Shown: in pieces, positions 20,924 through 31,230 of the stretch | Numbering within the stretch: position 1 is the stretch's first letter | How the letters are laid out: the number at the start of each line of letters is the position of its first letter | Source: a virus | IMG/VR virus record: IMGVR_UViG_3300032050_000037 | Location: 32,001 to 96,000 of that record | Length of the DNA stretch: 64,000 nt | Direction: 5' to 3' (one strand) | The notes under the pieces: model-generated | What the model saw: the letters and a program-made list of their open reading frames with translations, nothing else | Told to the model about the DNA's origin: nothing | Databases searched by the model: none | Translations under genes and position numbers: made by a program

Positions 20924-21230
20924 TAAAGAGGCATATATTCTTTTAACAATGTATCAAAATATGTATAAAGAAAAATATGGTAAACTTCCTTCTTTAAATA
21001 AGTATAGAGAAAAATGGGCCATGCAAGATGTTGTTGATAGTATAGGGTATGAACGTGCTAAAGAATTATTGCAATATTATTTTACAACTGGTAAACATGG
21101 ACATCCGCTTCAGTTTTTCTTTTTTAATTTTGATAAAATTGATATAATGCAAAAAGAAATTGAAAAAGATAAAAGAAATCGTAAAATATTACAAGAAGCA
21201 ACTAAGAAATTAGTAGAGGGAGAAGAGTGA
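20913..21230 (+). CDS. Possible helicase loader / replication accessory protein
   Basis: Overlaps the DnaB start. Confidence 0.4.
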   Translation: MANNKEAYILLTMYQNMYKEKYGKLPSLNKYREKWAMQDVVDSIGYERAKELLQYYFTTGKHGHPLQFFFFNFDKIDIMQKEIEKDKRNRKILQEATKKLVEGEE

Positions 21231-22465
21231 ATACAGAAGCTACATTAATATCTGCTGTATGTAAAAATAAAGATATAAGCACCCTATTAGCAGATAATGT
21301 TGATGACTTATTTACATCTCATAGGGATATTTGGGAAGGTCTTAAATCATATTATTATAAATTTAAAGCAGTTCCTGAAACTGGTGTGCTTCAAGAAAAA
21401 TTTAAAGATTTCGAACCAGACTTAAACGTAAAGGCAGAAACTGGATATTACCTAGACAAATTAAAAAATGAATATTTATCTGCACGATTAAAAAGTATTA
21501 TTCTTCAAGGTGGATCTGCATTAAAAGAAGATGCAGCCTCTAGAGTATTAGCAGATATGCAAAGTAAACTTGCTGGACTTGCTAGGTTTACTAATAATGT
21601 AAGAGACTTAGATGTTACAGACCTAGAAGCAGCAGAAAGACATTTTATGTCTGTAAAAGATAGATCTTCCGCAATGGGCGGAAGTCCAGGAATAAAAACT
21701 GGATTTGAAGCAATTGATAAAGCATATCCTACAGGAATGGCTCCAGGACATTTAATTGTTGCAATTGGTTGGCCAGGAAAAGGTAAAACATGGTTTACTT
21801 CATATCTTGCATGTAAAGCTTGGGAGCAAGGATTTAAACCAATGATTATTTCTCTAGAAATGTCGCCAGAAAATATGCGTGATCGTATTTATACAATGCT
21901 TGGCTCAGGTTTGTTTAAGGCATCAGATTTATCAAAAGGTGACATTAATATAGATGATTTTAGATCATGGGGTAATAAAAAGTTTGAAAATAAAAATGGA
22001 TTTATTCTTGTTTCAAATGAAGGCGCAGGAGATGTAACTCCAGCAACAGTACAAGGTAAAATAGATCAGCACAAACCAGACCTTGTTATTTTAGATTATC
22101 ACCAATTATTTAATGATAATAAAAGAAGTAATTCTGAAGTAGAAAGAAATAGAAATATATCTCGTGAGTTTAAATTACTTGCTGTAACAAACAACATACC
22201 AGTTATTGATATTACTGCTGCTACAGCAGACGATATCTCAGATCAAGAAAATCCACCAATGATGTCTCAGGTTGCATGGTCTAAAGCTATTGAATATGAT
22301 GCTGATATGGCTATGGCTATTCATAGATATCCTCAAACAAATCTTATTGAAGTTGTTTCTAGGAAAAATAGACATGGTCATGATTTTGACTTCCATTTAG
22401 ATTGGGATATCAATAGAGGTATTATTAAAGAGTTATACGATTATGTACCACCACAGCCAAATTAA
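21227..22465 (+). CDS. dnaB: Replicative DNA helicase, DnaB-like
   Basis: Walker A GWPGKGKT, SLEM, ILDYHQL, IEYDAD, KNRHG. Confidence 0.9.
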   Translation: MNTEATLISAVCKNKDISTLLADNVDDLFTSHRDIWEGLKSYYYKFKAVPETGVLQEKFKDFEPDLNVKAETGYYLDKLKNEYLSARLKSIILQGGSALKEDAASRVLADMQSKLAGLARFTNNVRDLDVTDLEAAERHFMSVKDRSSAMGGSPGIKTGFEAIDKAYPTGMAPGHLIVAIGWPGKGKTWFTSYLACKAWEQGFKPMIISLEMSPENMRDRIYTMLGSGLFKASDLSKGDINIDDFRSWGNKKFENKNGFILVSNEGAGDVTPATVQGKIDQHKPDLVILDYHQLFNDNKRSNSEVERNRNISREFKLLAVTNNIPVIDITAATADDISDQENPPMMSQVAWSKAIEYDADMAMAIHRYPQTNLIEVVSRKNRHGHDFDFHLDWDINRGIIKELYDYVPPQPN

Positions 22466-22736
22466 AAGATTTCAAATTGATGTAGAGTTTAGAGACGATT
22501 CAGATATTATTAGACTCAAAAATCAATATGAAAATATGTTAGTTCATCAAATGAGAGACAAAGGATATTCTAGAGTACTTGACATAGACACCGCATTTTC
22601 AGTAGAATTTACTGGTGAGACATGGAAGTTCTTAATGACTATTTATGGAATACATACAGGAAGGCGGAAGGCATGGGAATCAGAGGGAATAACACAAGGC
22701 AAGTTAATTCCACGCAATATGCGCCAAACCATATAA
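22443..22736 (+). CDS. Hypothetical protein
   Basis: 97 aa between helicase and primase. Confidence 0.55.
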   Translation: MYHHSQIKRFQIDVEFRDDSDIIRLKNQYENMLVHQMRDKGYSRVLDIDTAFSVEFTGETWKFLMTIYGIHTGRRKAWESEGITQGKLIPRNMRQTI

Positions 22737-23671
22737 AATCAGTAGTTAAAGAAATAGGATTAAGAATTATTAGTGAATCTAATAATAATTTAGTTATATA
22801 TTGTCCATTTCATAATAATACTCATAGTCCAAGTTTTTATATTAGCGAAGATAATGGAGCATGGCTCTGTTTTAACCCTTCATGCGGTGAAACTGGTAAC
22901 ATAATTCAGCTAGTTAAAAAAATTACTGGTAAAAATGATTTTGAATCTATAAGGCTGGTTGCAGCAAAGGAAGCACAGGCTTTAGATAATTTTGATGAAA
23001 CCTTAAATTCAGTATTAGAAGATAAGCCTGAGTTTATTGAATTTGATCAAAAAAAATTAGATGAATTATATATGGAATTAACATTTAATAAATTAGCTAG
23101 AGATTACTTTGAGTCTCGTGGAATAAATCAAGAATCTATAACATATTTTAAATTAGGATATTCTGAATCTCAAGGCATGGCTATTGTCCCAGTGCATAGC
23201 CCAGACGGAATTCCAGTAGGACTAGTTGGCAGATCAATATCAGAAAAGAAATTTAAGAATAGCACAAACTTGCCAAAGAACAAAACATTATTTAACATAC
23301 ATCGTGCTAAAAAAATAGGTGACCATGTAATAATTGTAGAATCAAGTTTTGATGCTATTAGAATACATCAATCTGGATTTCCAAATGTGGTAGCCACACT
23401 AGGTGGACACATATCTACAGATAATATTAATTTATTAAATAGATATTTTAACAAAATTATTATCATGACAGACGCAGATCAAGCTGGCAGAGAATTAGGA
23501 ATATCAATATCTAATAAATTAAAGAATAAAGACATCTTGTGGGCTTCTTATTCTTATGGTAAGATATATCCACATGATGCAAAAGATGCAGGAGATATGT
23601 CAGAAGAAGAAATAAAAATATGTATTAAAAATGCAGTTTCTGATATTGAATACAAATCTTGGAATTTATGA
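22622..23671 (+). CDS. dnaG: DNA primase (CHC2 Zn finger + TOPRIM)
   Basis: CPFH...CFNPSC, VESSFD, DADQAG, KDAGD; true start may be 22673. Confidence 0.9.
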   Translation: MEVLNDYLWNTYRKAEGMGIRGNNTRQVNSTQYAPNHIKSVVKEIGLRIISESNNNLVIYCPFHNNTHSPSFYISEDNGAWLCFNPSCGETGNIIQLVKKITGKNDFESIRLVAAKEAQALDNFDETLNSVLEDKPEFIEFDQKKLDELYMELTFNKLARDYFESRGINQESITYFKLGYSESQGMAIVPVHSPDGIPVGLVGRSISEKKFKNSTNLPKNKTLFNIHRAKKIGDHVIIVESSFDAIRIHQSGFPNVVATLGGHISTDNINLLNRYFNKIIIMTDADQAGRELGISISNKLKNKDILWASYSYGKIYPHDAKDAGDMSEEEIKICIKNAVSDIEYKSWNL

Positions 23672-23725
23672 TATAATAAAAAGACAGATAGATCTATACT
23701 ATCAACTACAGAAAGAGGAAGCAAA

Positions 23726-24391
23726 ATGGGTCTTGTAAAAGGACTAAAAGATTTAAATAAAGTAATGGATAAACCGCAATCATCTAGCGGAGACGGCAGT
23801 AAAGCTCGTTGGGTTAAATTAGATGACTCAGAAAGTGTTAAAATTAGATTTTTACAGGAATTAGATCCTGACTCTCCACATTATAATGAAAAAAATAGTT
23901 TAGGTTTTATTGCTGTTGAGCATACAAATCCTAAAGACTATAAGCGTAAAGCTTTATGTACAATTGATGACCAAGGAAAATGTTGGGGATGTGAGCAGCA
24001 TCGTAAGGATTACAAGGCAGGATGGAAAGGCCGTTCCCGTCTTTATATCAATGTCCTTGTAGATGATGGCAAAGAAGAGCCATATGTTGCCATCTTGTCT
24101 CAGGGTAGTAGTGGAAAGACTATTACTCCTACATTAATTGAATATGCTGGCGAAATGGGTAGCATTTCAAATTTAATGTGGCGCATTAAGCGTACAGGCA
24201 CAAAAACAGATACCAGTTATACAGCAATCCCTCTTGCTAAAGATGAAACACCATTTGATTCATCTGGATTGGAACTGTACGAATTGGAAAAGGTTGCAGT
24301 TCGTGACCTACCCTATACAGAGCAAGAAGCCTTCTTTAATGGTGAAGGCGGAGAAGAGCCATCAAACGCAACAGGTAGCGTAGAGTGGTAA
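23726..24391 (+). CDS. Single-stranded DNA-binding protein (gp32-like)
   Basis: KIRFL, H...C...CWGC metal site, RTGTKTDTSY, acidic tail; between primase and polymerase. Confidence 0.7.
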   Translation: MGLVKGLKDLNKVMDKPQSSSGDGSKARWVKLDDSESVKIRFLQELDPDSPHYNEKNSLGFIAVEHTNPKDYKRKALCTIDDQGKCWGCEQHRKDYKAGWKGRSRLYINVLVDDGKEEPYVAILSQGSSGKTITPTLIEYAGEMGSISNLMWRIKRTGTKTDTSYTAIPLAKDETPFDSSGLELYELEKVAVRDLPYTEQEAFFNGEGGEEPSNATGSVEW

Positions 24392-24400
24392 ATTAAATAA

Positions 24401-24443
24401 ATAGGGGCTGGCTATTGTCAGCCCCTATATTATTTAGTAGAAT
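24401..24443 (+). promoter_or_regulatory. Hairpin overlapping -35 of the leaderless dnaE promoter (TTGTCA-17-TAGAAT)
   Basis: ATAGGGGCTGGC-TATT-GTCAGCCCCTAT; -10 ends 6 nt before ATG 24450. Confidence 0.65.
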
Positions 24444-24449
24444 GCTTTT

Positions 24450-27400
24450 ATGACAAATTTTGCTCACCTACATGTCCATAGCTATTACAGCTTAATGGAT
24501 GGATTAAATTCACCCAAAGCTCTAGCAGAAGCTGCAAAAAATAATGGACATACAGCAATTGCTATTACAGATCATGGAACATTATCTTCTCATAGAGAAA
24601 TGCAATTAGCATGTAAAGAAATTGGAATTAAGCCAATATTAGGTGTAGAGGCATACATATCACCAACAGATAGGTTTGATAGATCATCTAAAACAGATAA
24701 AAGTATTCAGGCATATAACCATATTATCCTTTTAGCCAAAAATATGAAAGGTTTAGAAAATATAAATATTTTACAAGAAATTGCTTGGAACGAAGGATTT
24801 TATCATAAACCACGTATTGATAGAGAGGTATTAAAAGAATATGCGGAAGGTATTATTGTACTTAGTGGATGTCTTAATGGTCTTATTAGTAAATGCATTG
24901 AACGGCAGGAGTTCTCAGAAGCAAAACTTATACTCAAAGATTTTAAACAAACTTTTGGCGAAGATTTTTACATTGAGGTTCAATCTCACAACCCACAAGA
25001 AATAAATAATAAATTATTAGAGTTTGCAAAAGAACTAGACATCAAACCAGTTGCAACATCAGATTCTCATTTTGCTAAAAAAGAAGACAAGGTTTTAGTT
25101 GAAGCTATGTTAATTCTATCTACATCTCCAAAATCAGATAAAGAATCAGATTTTGAGATGTCTAGAAATATAAGTAATATGATGGATAGGTTTAATTATT
25201 TATACCCAAATAGGAAAATATCATTTCAAGAACAAAATCTCTGGATTCAGTCTAGAAAAGAAATAGAAGAAGATTTTAATAAAGTTGGGATAAATCGATC
25301 AGATATTTTTGATAATACAATAGAAATTGCTAATAAAATTGAAGAATACGATTTTAATAGTGGTCTAGACCTCCTCCCAGTACCCAAGACGGATGCAGAT
25401 CAGAAACTGGCTGAGATGGCCTTTAAAGGCTTAGAAAGCCTACATCTGACCTCATCATGGCTAGGAAATGACATATATGAGCAAAGATTGATAGAAGAAT
25501 TAGAAATTATTAAAGATAAAAGTTTTGCCTCATATTTCCTAGTAGTAGCAGACATGATTAATTGGGCTAAAGAAAATAATATTATGGTTGGTCCTGGTCG
25601 TGGCTCTGCTGCTGGTTCATTAGTATGTTATGCCCTAGGAATTACAGATGTAGACCCAATTGAATATGACTTATTGTTTTTCCGATTTATTAATCCTGAG
25701 CGTAATGACTTCCCAGATATAGATACAGACTTTGAGGATCGTCGTCGCAAAGAGGTTAAAGATTATCTTAAAAAGAAATTTAAGCATGTAGCATCTATTT
25801 CAACATACACATATTTTAAAGATAAAGGCGTTATTAGAGATGCTGCTCGTGTATTTATGGTTCCACTACAAGACGTAAATCGTGCAATGAAGTCAATTGA
25901 TACATTTGAAGATTTTATGGAATCTCCTAACACAAAAGAATTTAGATCTAAATATCCAGAAGTGGTATGGCTTGCTGAAAGATTACGTGGAAAAATTAGA
26001 TCAGTTGGAGTACATGCTGCAGGAGTTGTTGTTGCTAAAGATGATTTAAGAAAATATGCACCAATTGAATCTAGAGAAGACGCACAAGATAAAGTTTCTG
26101 GCAGAATACCAGTAGTAGCTTATGATATGGACACCGTAGCAGATATTGGTTTAATTAAATTAGATGCATTAGGCTTAAAAACATTATCAGTTATCTCAGA
26201 TACATTAAAATCAATTAAAGAAAGATACAATAAAGATATTATTCTTTCTGATTTATCTTTAGATGATGCAGAGGTATATAGAGTATTAAGTGATGGATAT
26301 ACAAAAGGTGTATTCCAAGCTGAAGCTACTCCGTATACAAATTTATTAATTAAAATGGGTGTAGATAAATTTGAAGATCTTGCTGCTTCAAATGCTTTAG
26401 TGCGTCCAGGTGCCATGAACACGGTAGGTGCTTCATATATTAATAGAAAACATGGATTTGAAGATGTAGAATACGTTCATGAAATTATGAAACCTTTTAC
26501 TGAAAATACATATGGTGTTATCATATATCAAGAGCAAGTTATGCAAGCTTGCGTTTATTTAGGAGGGATGACTTGGTCTGAGGCTGATAAAGTTCGTAAG
26601 ATCATAGGAAAGAAAAAGGATGCAAAAGAATTCGACCAGTTCAAGGATAAATTTATTGATGGGGCTTCAAAACACATTTCTAAGAAAAAAGCCGAATCCC
26701 TATGGCATGATTTCGAAGCTCACGCAGGTTATTCTTTTAACCGTAGTCATGCCGTTGCTTATTCTATGCTTTCTTATTATACTGCTTGGCTTAAAAAGTA
26801 TTACCCTCTTGAGTTCATGTTTTCAGTACTTAAAAATGAAAATGATAAAGATGCTAGGACAGAATATTTAATTGAAGCAAAAAGATTAAACTTAAAAATA
26901 TTATTGCCACACATCAATGAATCAGAAGTTTATTTTTCTTTAAAAAATGATGCAATTCAATTTGGATTAGCTGAAATTAAATTTATATCTGATAGTATTG
27001 CAAATAAAATTATAGAAAAGAGACCGTATGAATCGTATGCAGATTTCATTAAAAAAGCCTCTGCCAAAGGCAGCGGTATTAACAGCAGGGCTATTACTGC
27101 TCTTAATAACATTGGTGGGGCTGCTTTTACGGATAATCAGCGTAATAACAAAGAAAAAGAAAATTATTACGAATATTTAGGAATACCGACTTTTAATACA
27201 GATTTGCCTCCACGAATTAAAGCACAGGCAAGGCCAATAGAAGATTTTGATGATCTTGGATCCTTTCCAATGTTTGGGATGGTAAAAAGTATTAAACGTG
27301 GTACTGGTTGGGCCAGAGTAGAATTAGTAGATGAAACAGGATCAATTGGTTTATTCCATCATGAACAAACTCAAATTGAAACTGGACAGATGTACTTTAT

Positions 27401-27731
27401 TCTTGTAGGAGATAATCGTATTGCTAGGTATATTAAAATAAACGATATCGATCCAAACGGCTCAGACTTATTTGTAGATTATTTGTATAGAAAAGAATAC
27501 GATATGGAAGATAATGAAATGATGGTAATTAATTTTAATCCATATAAAACAAAAGCTGGAAAAACGATGGCACATATTGTTATGACAAATAAAAATAAAG
27601 AATTAACAAGAGCTATTGCATTCCCATCTATGTATCCACAAGTATTAGCAAAAATGCGTGAGGGAATGAAATGTAAACCTGTTCTGTCTAAATTAGATGA
27701 TGGAACCTTAATGATAAAGGAAGTAAAATGA
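24450..27731 (+). CDS. dnaE: DNA polymerase III alpha subunit
   Basis: PHP HLHVHS.YS..DG, TDHG, GPGRGSAAGS, PDIDTDF, KLDALGL, YSFNRSH. Confidence 0.96.
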   Translation: MTNFAHLHVHSYYSLMDGLNSPKALAEAAKNNGHTAIAITDHGTLSSHREMQLACKEIGIKPILGVEAYISPTDRFDRSSKTDKSIQAYNHIILLAKNMKGLENINILQEIAWNEGFYHKPRIDREVLKEYAEGIIVLSGCLNGLISKCIERQEFSEAKLILKDFKQTFGEDFYIEVQSHNPQEINNKLLEFAKELDIKPVATSDSHFAKKEDKVLVEAMLILSTSPKSDKESDFEMSRNISNMMDRFNYLYPNRKISFQEQNLWIQSRKEIEEDFNKVGINRSDIFDNTIEIANKIEEYDFNSGLDLLPVPKTDADQKLAEMAFKGLESLHLTSSWLGNDIYEQRLIEELEIIKDKSFASYFLVVADMINWAKENNIMVGPGRGSAAGSLVCYALGITDVDPIEYDLLFFRFINPERNDFPDIDTDFEDRRRKEVKDYLKKKFKHVASISTYTYFKDKGVIRDAARVFMVPLQDVNRAMKSIDTFEDFMESPNTKEFRSKYPEVVWLAERLRGKIRSVGVHAAGVVVAKDDLRKYAPIESREDAQDKVSGRIPVVAYDMDTVADIGLIKLDALGLKTLSVISDTLKSIKERYNKDIILSDLSLDDAEVYRVLSDGYTKGVFQAEATPYTNLLIKMGVDKFEDLAASNALVRPGAMNTVGASYINRKHGFEDVEYVHEIMKPFTENTYGVIIYQEQVMQACVYLGGMTWSEADKVRKIIGKKKDAKEFDQFKDKFIDGASKHISKKKAESLWHDFEAHAGYSFNRSHAVAYSMLSYYTAWLKKYYPLEFMFSVLKNENDKDARTEYLIEAKRLNLKILLPHINESEVYFSLKNDAIQFGLAEIKFISDSIANKIIEKRPYESYADFIKKASAKGSGINSRAITALNNIGGAAFTDNQRNNKEKENYYEYLGIPTFNTDLPPRIKAQARPIEDFDDLGSFPMFGMVKSIKRGTGWARVELVDETGSIGLFHHEQTQIETGQMYFILVGDNRIARYIKINDIDPNGSDLFVDYLYRKEYDMEDNEMMVINFNPYKTKAGKTMAHIVMTNKNKELTRAIAFPSMYPQVLAKMREGMKCKPVLSKLDDGTLMIKEVK

Positions 27732-27967
27732 GCAAAACTCCTGCAGAGATATATCAAGCAATGAATGCTACTAATATTTTAGTAGCAATTTTAGATTCAC
27801 AAAAAAAGATATCTGTTCCGCTAGATGTATTTTTAAATGCCTCTAATGAAGATAAAAATTTAAGTGTTGAATATAACGAGGATATAGCCTCGTTTGTTTT
27901 TGAACTAAAGGATAAAATTGAACAACAAAATATTGATAAGAATGTTGAATCAAATACAAATGAATAA
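27728..27967 (+). CDS. Hypothetical protein (paralog of 28314..28643)
   Basis: Shared AT...VAIL..Q.K.SVP...F and FEL pattern. Confidence 0.55.
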   Translation: MSKTPAEIYQAMNATNILVAILDSQKKISVPLDVFLNASNEDKNLSVEYNEDIASFVFELKDKIEQQNIDKNVESNTNE

Positions 27968-28301
27968 TTTAATAACTGATTATGGTTTAGATGCCTTATC
28001 TGCAATTCTTCATGAAACAGCTATAGAAAAAGGATTTTGGGACGGTGAATATAACTATGACAAAATTGGAAACAAGTTGGCATTGGTACATTCTGAAGTA
28101 ACTGAAGTCTTAGAAGCAATAAGAAAATCAAAAGGTAGTGAGCATATTGTTGAAGAAATGGCCGATATAATTATTCGTTTATTAGATATATATGCTGCTA
28201 TGAGAAATGAAAATGATATTGTTCATAGCTTAGATGAAGTTATGGATAAAAAAATTAATATAAATAAAAGTAGACCAAGACTTCACGGAAATTTATTTTA
28301 A
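27918..28301 (+). CDS. MazG-like NTP pyrophosphohydrolase
   Basis: LALVHSEVTEVLEA...EEMADIIIRLLD; likely start 27960. Confidence 0.8.
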   Translation: MNNKILIRMLNQIQMNNLITDYGLDALSAILHETAIEKGFWDGEYNYDKIGNKLALVHSEVTEVLEAIRKSKGSEHIVEEMADIIIRLLDIYAAMRNENDIVHSLDEVMDKKININKSRPRLHGNLF

Positions 28302-28313
28302 TGGTATAATCGT

Positions 28314-28643
28314 ATGATGAATCAAAAAGACCTTGAAACAATATTTAATAATTTACGAGCAACAACAGCTTTTGTAGCAATATTAAAACATCAAGGCAAA
28401 GTATCGGTACCAGCAGATATTTTTAAAGAATTACTAAATGAACAATCTTGGCCAAATGATTTTATTACTAAAAATGGAAGTGCTATGTGCGTTACTTACG
28501 ATAAAGATTTAAATGAATTTGGTTTTGAATTAATGTACGAAGACGACGGATACAGACCAACAAATTCTATAGGATTTCAATGTACAAGAGGAAATTTAGA
28601 AGTAGGATATATAGATTACAATAGCCCATATTATAGAAAGTAG
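28314..28643 (+). CDS. Hypothetical protein (paralog of 27728..27967)
   Basis: Preceded by TGGTATAAT; visible similarity to the upstream paralog. Confidence 0.55.
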   Translation: MMNQKDLETIFNNLRATTAFVAILKHQGKVSVPADIFKELLNEQSWPNDFITKNGSAMCVTYDKDLNEFGFELMYEDDGYRPTNSIGFQCTRGNLEVGYIDYNSPYYRK

Positions 28644-28648
28644 TTTAA

Positions 28649-29653
28649 ATGACAATTGAAATAAATGAAATATTATCTAAACTAGATCCAAAAACTAGAG
28701 ATAGAGTTCAGTCAGCTCAAAGTGTTCAGGTAAAAAAACAAGTTACTCCAAGTATTGGATTAAATATGGCGTTGCGTGGAGGACTTCCATATGGTCGTCA
28801 AGTTTTAGTATGGGGCAATAAGTCTGCTGGAAAATCTTCTTTTTGTTTACAAATGATAGGCATGGCACAAAAAGAAGGAAAAGTATGTGCATGGATAGAT
28901 GCTGAAGCATCTTACGATCCAGCATGGGCAGAACAACTTGGTGTAGATTCAGAAAAATTAATTTATTCGCCAGCAAAAACAGTTAATGATATGGTAGATG
29001 TCGCAACTAAATTAATGGAAGCAGATGTTGATTTAATTGTTGTAGACTCTATCTCTGCATTATTGCCAGCTATTTATTTTGAAAAAGATGGAAATGAATT
29101 AAAAGATTTACAAGATACAAAACAAATAGGCGCTGAAGCAAAGGATATGACCCACGCAGTCAAAATGTTAAACTATGCAAACAAAAATACATTACTTGTT
29201 CTTATCTCCCAACAAAGAAACCAATTTGGATCTATGCATGCCAGCCATATACCTACGGGAGGAATGGCAGTCAAATTCTTTTCCACCACTGTTATTAAGT
29301 TATGGTCTTCCGAGGCTGAGGCTAATGCTATCAAGGCTGGCGTTAAAGTTGGCGATAAAATTATTGAGCAAAGAGTCGGCAGACCAGTTAATTGGATTGT
29401 TGATTACAGCAAAGTATCCCCACCAAATTTATCTGGGCAATACGACTTCTATTATCAAGGAGAAACTTTAGGAGTTGATAAAGTAGGAGAAACTTTAGAT
29501 GTTGCAGAAATGTGTGGGCTTGTAGAAAAAGGCGGAGCTTGGTATACAGTAGATGGAGAAAGATTACAGGGACGAGCTAAAGCAGTACAGTATTTAAAAG
29601 ATAATCCAGATGTTGCTAACAAATTAATTGAGGAAATAAATGCCAAGTCTTAA
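28649..29653 (+). CDS. recA: RecA-family recombinase
   Basis: GGLPYGR, Walker A GNKSAGKS, IDAE, VVDSISAL, PTGG.AVKF, KGGAWY, QGRA. Confidence 0.93.
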   Translation: MTIEINEILSKLDPKTRDRVQSAQSVQVKKQVTPSIGLNMALRGGLPYGRQVLVWGNKSAGKSSFCLQMIGMAQKEGKVCAWIDAEASYDPAWAEQLGVDSEKLIYSPAKTVNDMVDVATKLMEADVDLIVVDSISALLPAIYFEKDGNELKDLQDTKQIGAEAKDMTHAVKMLNYANKNTLLVLISQQRNQFGSMHASHIPTGGMAVKFFSTTVIKLWSSEAEANAIKAGVKVGDKIIEQRVGRPVNWIVDYSKVSPPNLSGQYDFYYQGETLGVDKVGETLDVAEMCGLVEKGGAWYTVDGERLQGRAKAVQYLKDNPDVANKLIEEINAKS

Positions 29654-29831
29654 TGAGTTTTTTACAAAACCAGAAATTTTACATAAAAAAGATTTAGAAA
29701 AAATATCTGGAATAAAACCATGTTCTAAATGTGATAAAAATGCTGAAGAAGCTTTTTGGGACCCAGATACATTTATTATGTCTTGGAACTGTCCAGATGG
29801 CCATGCAAATCAAATAAAGGTTAATGGATAA
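29640..29831 (+). CDS. Small Zn-binding protein
   Basis: CSKC...CPDGH. Confidence 0.5.
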   Translation: MPSLNEFFTKPEILHKKDLEKISGIKPCSKCDKNAEEAFWDPDTFIMSWNCPDGHANQIKVNG

Positions 29832-30139
29832 TGTCTGAAAGATCAGAAGCAAAACGAGATGGTGCTAAACAACAAAAAAATAGTGGACGTGGAAACTATC
29901 AAAAAGGAGATGCCCAATGGCGTAATTTTGTGGTAGACTATAAAGAATATGAAAAAAGCATTTCAATATCTCAAAGCATTTGGTCCAAGATATGCACAGA
30001 CACATTCAAAGTAAGTAGAGATAAGCACCCAGTACTAAAAATAATATTGGGTAAGGATAATTCAAAAACTAGGCTTGCTGTGATAGAATGGTCTTTATTA
30101 GAACAAATTTTAGATTGTTGGGAGAAAAATAATGAATAA
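29831..30139 (+). CDS. Holliday junction resolvase-like PD-(D/E)xK nuclease
   Basis: E.......NSG....KGD......VDYK pattern. Confidence 0.65.
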   Translation: MSERSEAKRDGAKQQKNSGRGNYQKGDAQWRNFVVDYKEYEKSISISQSIWSKICTDTFKVSRDKHPVLKIILGKDNSKTRLAVIEWSLLEQILDCWEKNNE

Positions 30140-31088
30140 AATAAATATAATGCCTCAAGTGACTGTTTATAGAGATATATTATCTGAGAATGATATTAAT
30201 CTATTATTAAATCAAATATATGAATCTCAAAAAGATATTGTGGATCTTGAAAAAACAAAACCAGAAGAGTCTGTATATAGAGACTATCACGGCCCACAGC
30301 CAGAATTAAGAAACGATAATAGTTTAATTTATACATGGACTCCTTGGTATACATTCGGATTAAGAAGTATATGGTCAGACCCATATGATATGAAAAAAAA
30401 TAAAAAAGAGCACATTAAGGGTTTTAGTTTAATAAGAAATGCTATAAAAACTGTTCATTTTGATTATTTAAATGATTGGAAAGATAATGGAAAATGGACT
30501 TATGAAATAACTGATTGGGACATCATGGCCCCAGATAGAGAAGATGCTAGTAATATGAGCTTATCTACATTTGAAATATTACAACATAAATTAAATTTAG
30601 AAGAAGATTATACAATTGCAGTACATACAGATTGGCATAATCATAGAGAAGAAGAGCCTGGACCAAAGCAAATAATTACATATACAATTTATTTAAATGA
30701 CGATTATGAAGGCGGAGAAATTGATTTTGTTGATGAAGAAAATAAAAAAGTTTTTGTATATAAACCTAAAAAGGGAGACATTACTGTATTCCCATCAGGA
30801 AGACCATTTTGGCATGGAGCAAGGTCTGTAAAATCTCAACCTAATAAAATATTTATTAGGTCATTTTCTATATTTAGAAGCCCAGGAAGTAAAGATTGGA
30901 TTTATGGAGTTAGAACAAATGGTCTTGCTAAATGGATAGAAATGCAAAATGAAAAAATTAAAAATGTTGTTGAAGATGGAGAAGTAGGAAGACAATTAGT
31001 TTATAAAGGACAAGAACCAAATAAATTAAAAAGAGTTATTCCGATCTTCGTGGAATCAGAAGAATATATTGATGGAAGGAAAATATAA
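30132..31088 (+). CDS. 2OG-Fe(II) oxygenase (prolyl-4-hydroxylase-like)
   Basis: HTD, YLNDDYEGGEI, PKKGD, WHG. Confidence 0.85.
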   Translation: MNKINIMPQVTVYRDILSENDINLLLNQIYESQKDIVDLEKTKPEESVYRDYHGPQPELRNDNSLIYTWTPWYTFGLRSIWSDPYDMKKNKKEHIKGFSLIRNAIKTVHFDYLNDWKDNGKWTYEITDWDIMAPDREDASNMSLSTFEILQHKLNLEEDYTIAVHTDWHNHREEEPGPKQIITYTIYLNDDYEGGEIDFVDEENKKVFVYKPKKGDITVFPSGRPFWHGARSVKSQPNKIFIRSFSIFRSPGSKDWIYGVRTNGLAKWIEMQNEKIKNVVEDGEVGRQLVYKGQEPNKLKRVIPIFVESEEYIDGRKI

Positions 31089-31089
31089 A

Positions 31090-31230
31090 ATGTCTAGCGG
31101 AAAATATAAAAGACATGATGGATTTAACAAAATGCAAATAAAAAATGGCAGAATTGTTAGATTAAGAAAAGACGGTACTGTTAAAGCTGACATGGGAGCA
31201 TTTCCTAAAGACAAAAGGATAGTAAAATGA
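31090..31230 (+). CDS. 46-aa basic protein (not in track)
   Basis: MSSGKYKRHDGFNKMQIKNGRIVRLRKDGTVK...; ATGA-coupled to next ORF. Confidence 0.5.
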   Translation: MSSGKYKRHDGFNKMQIKNGRIVRLRKDGTVKADMGAFPKDKRIVK

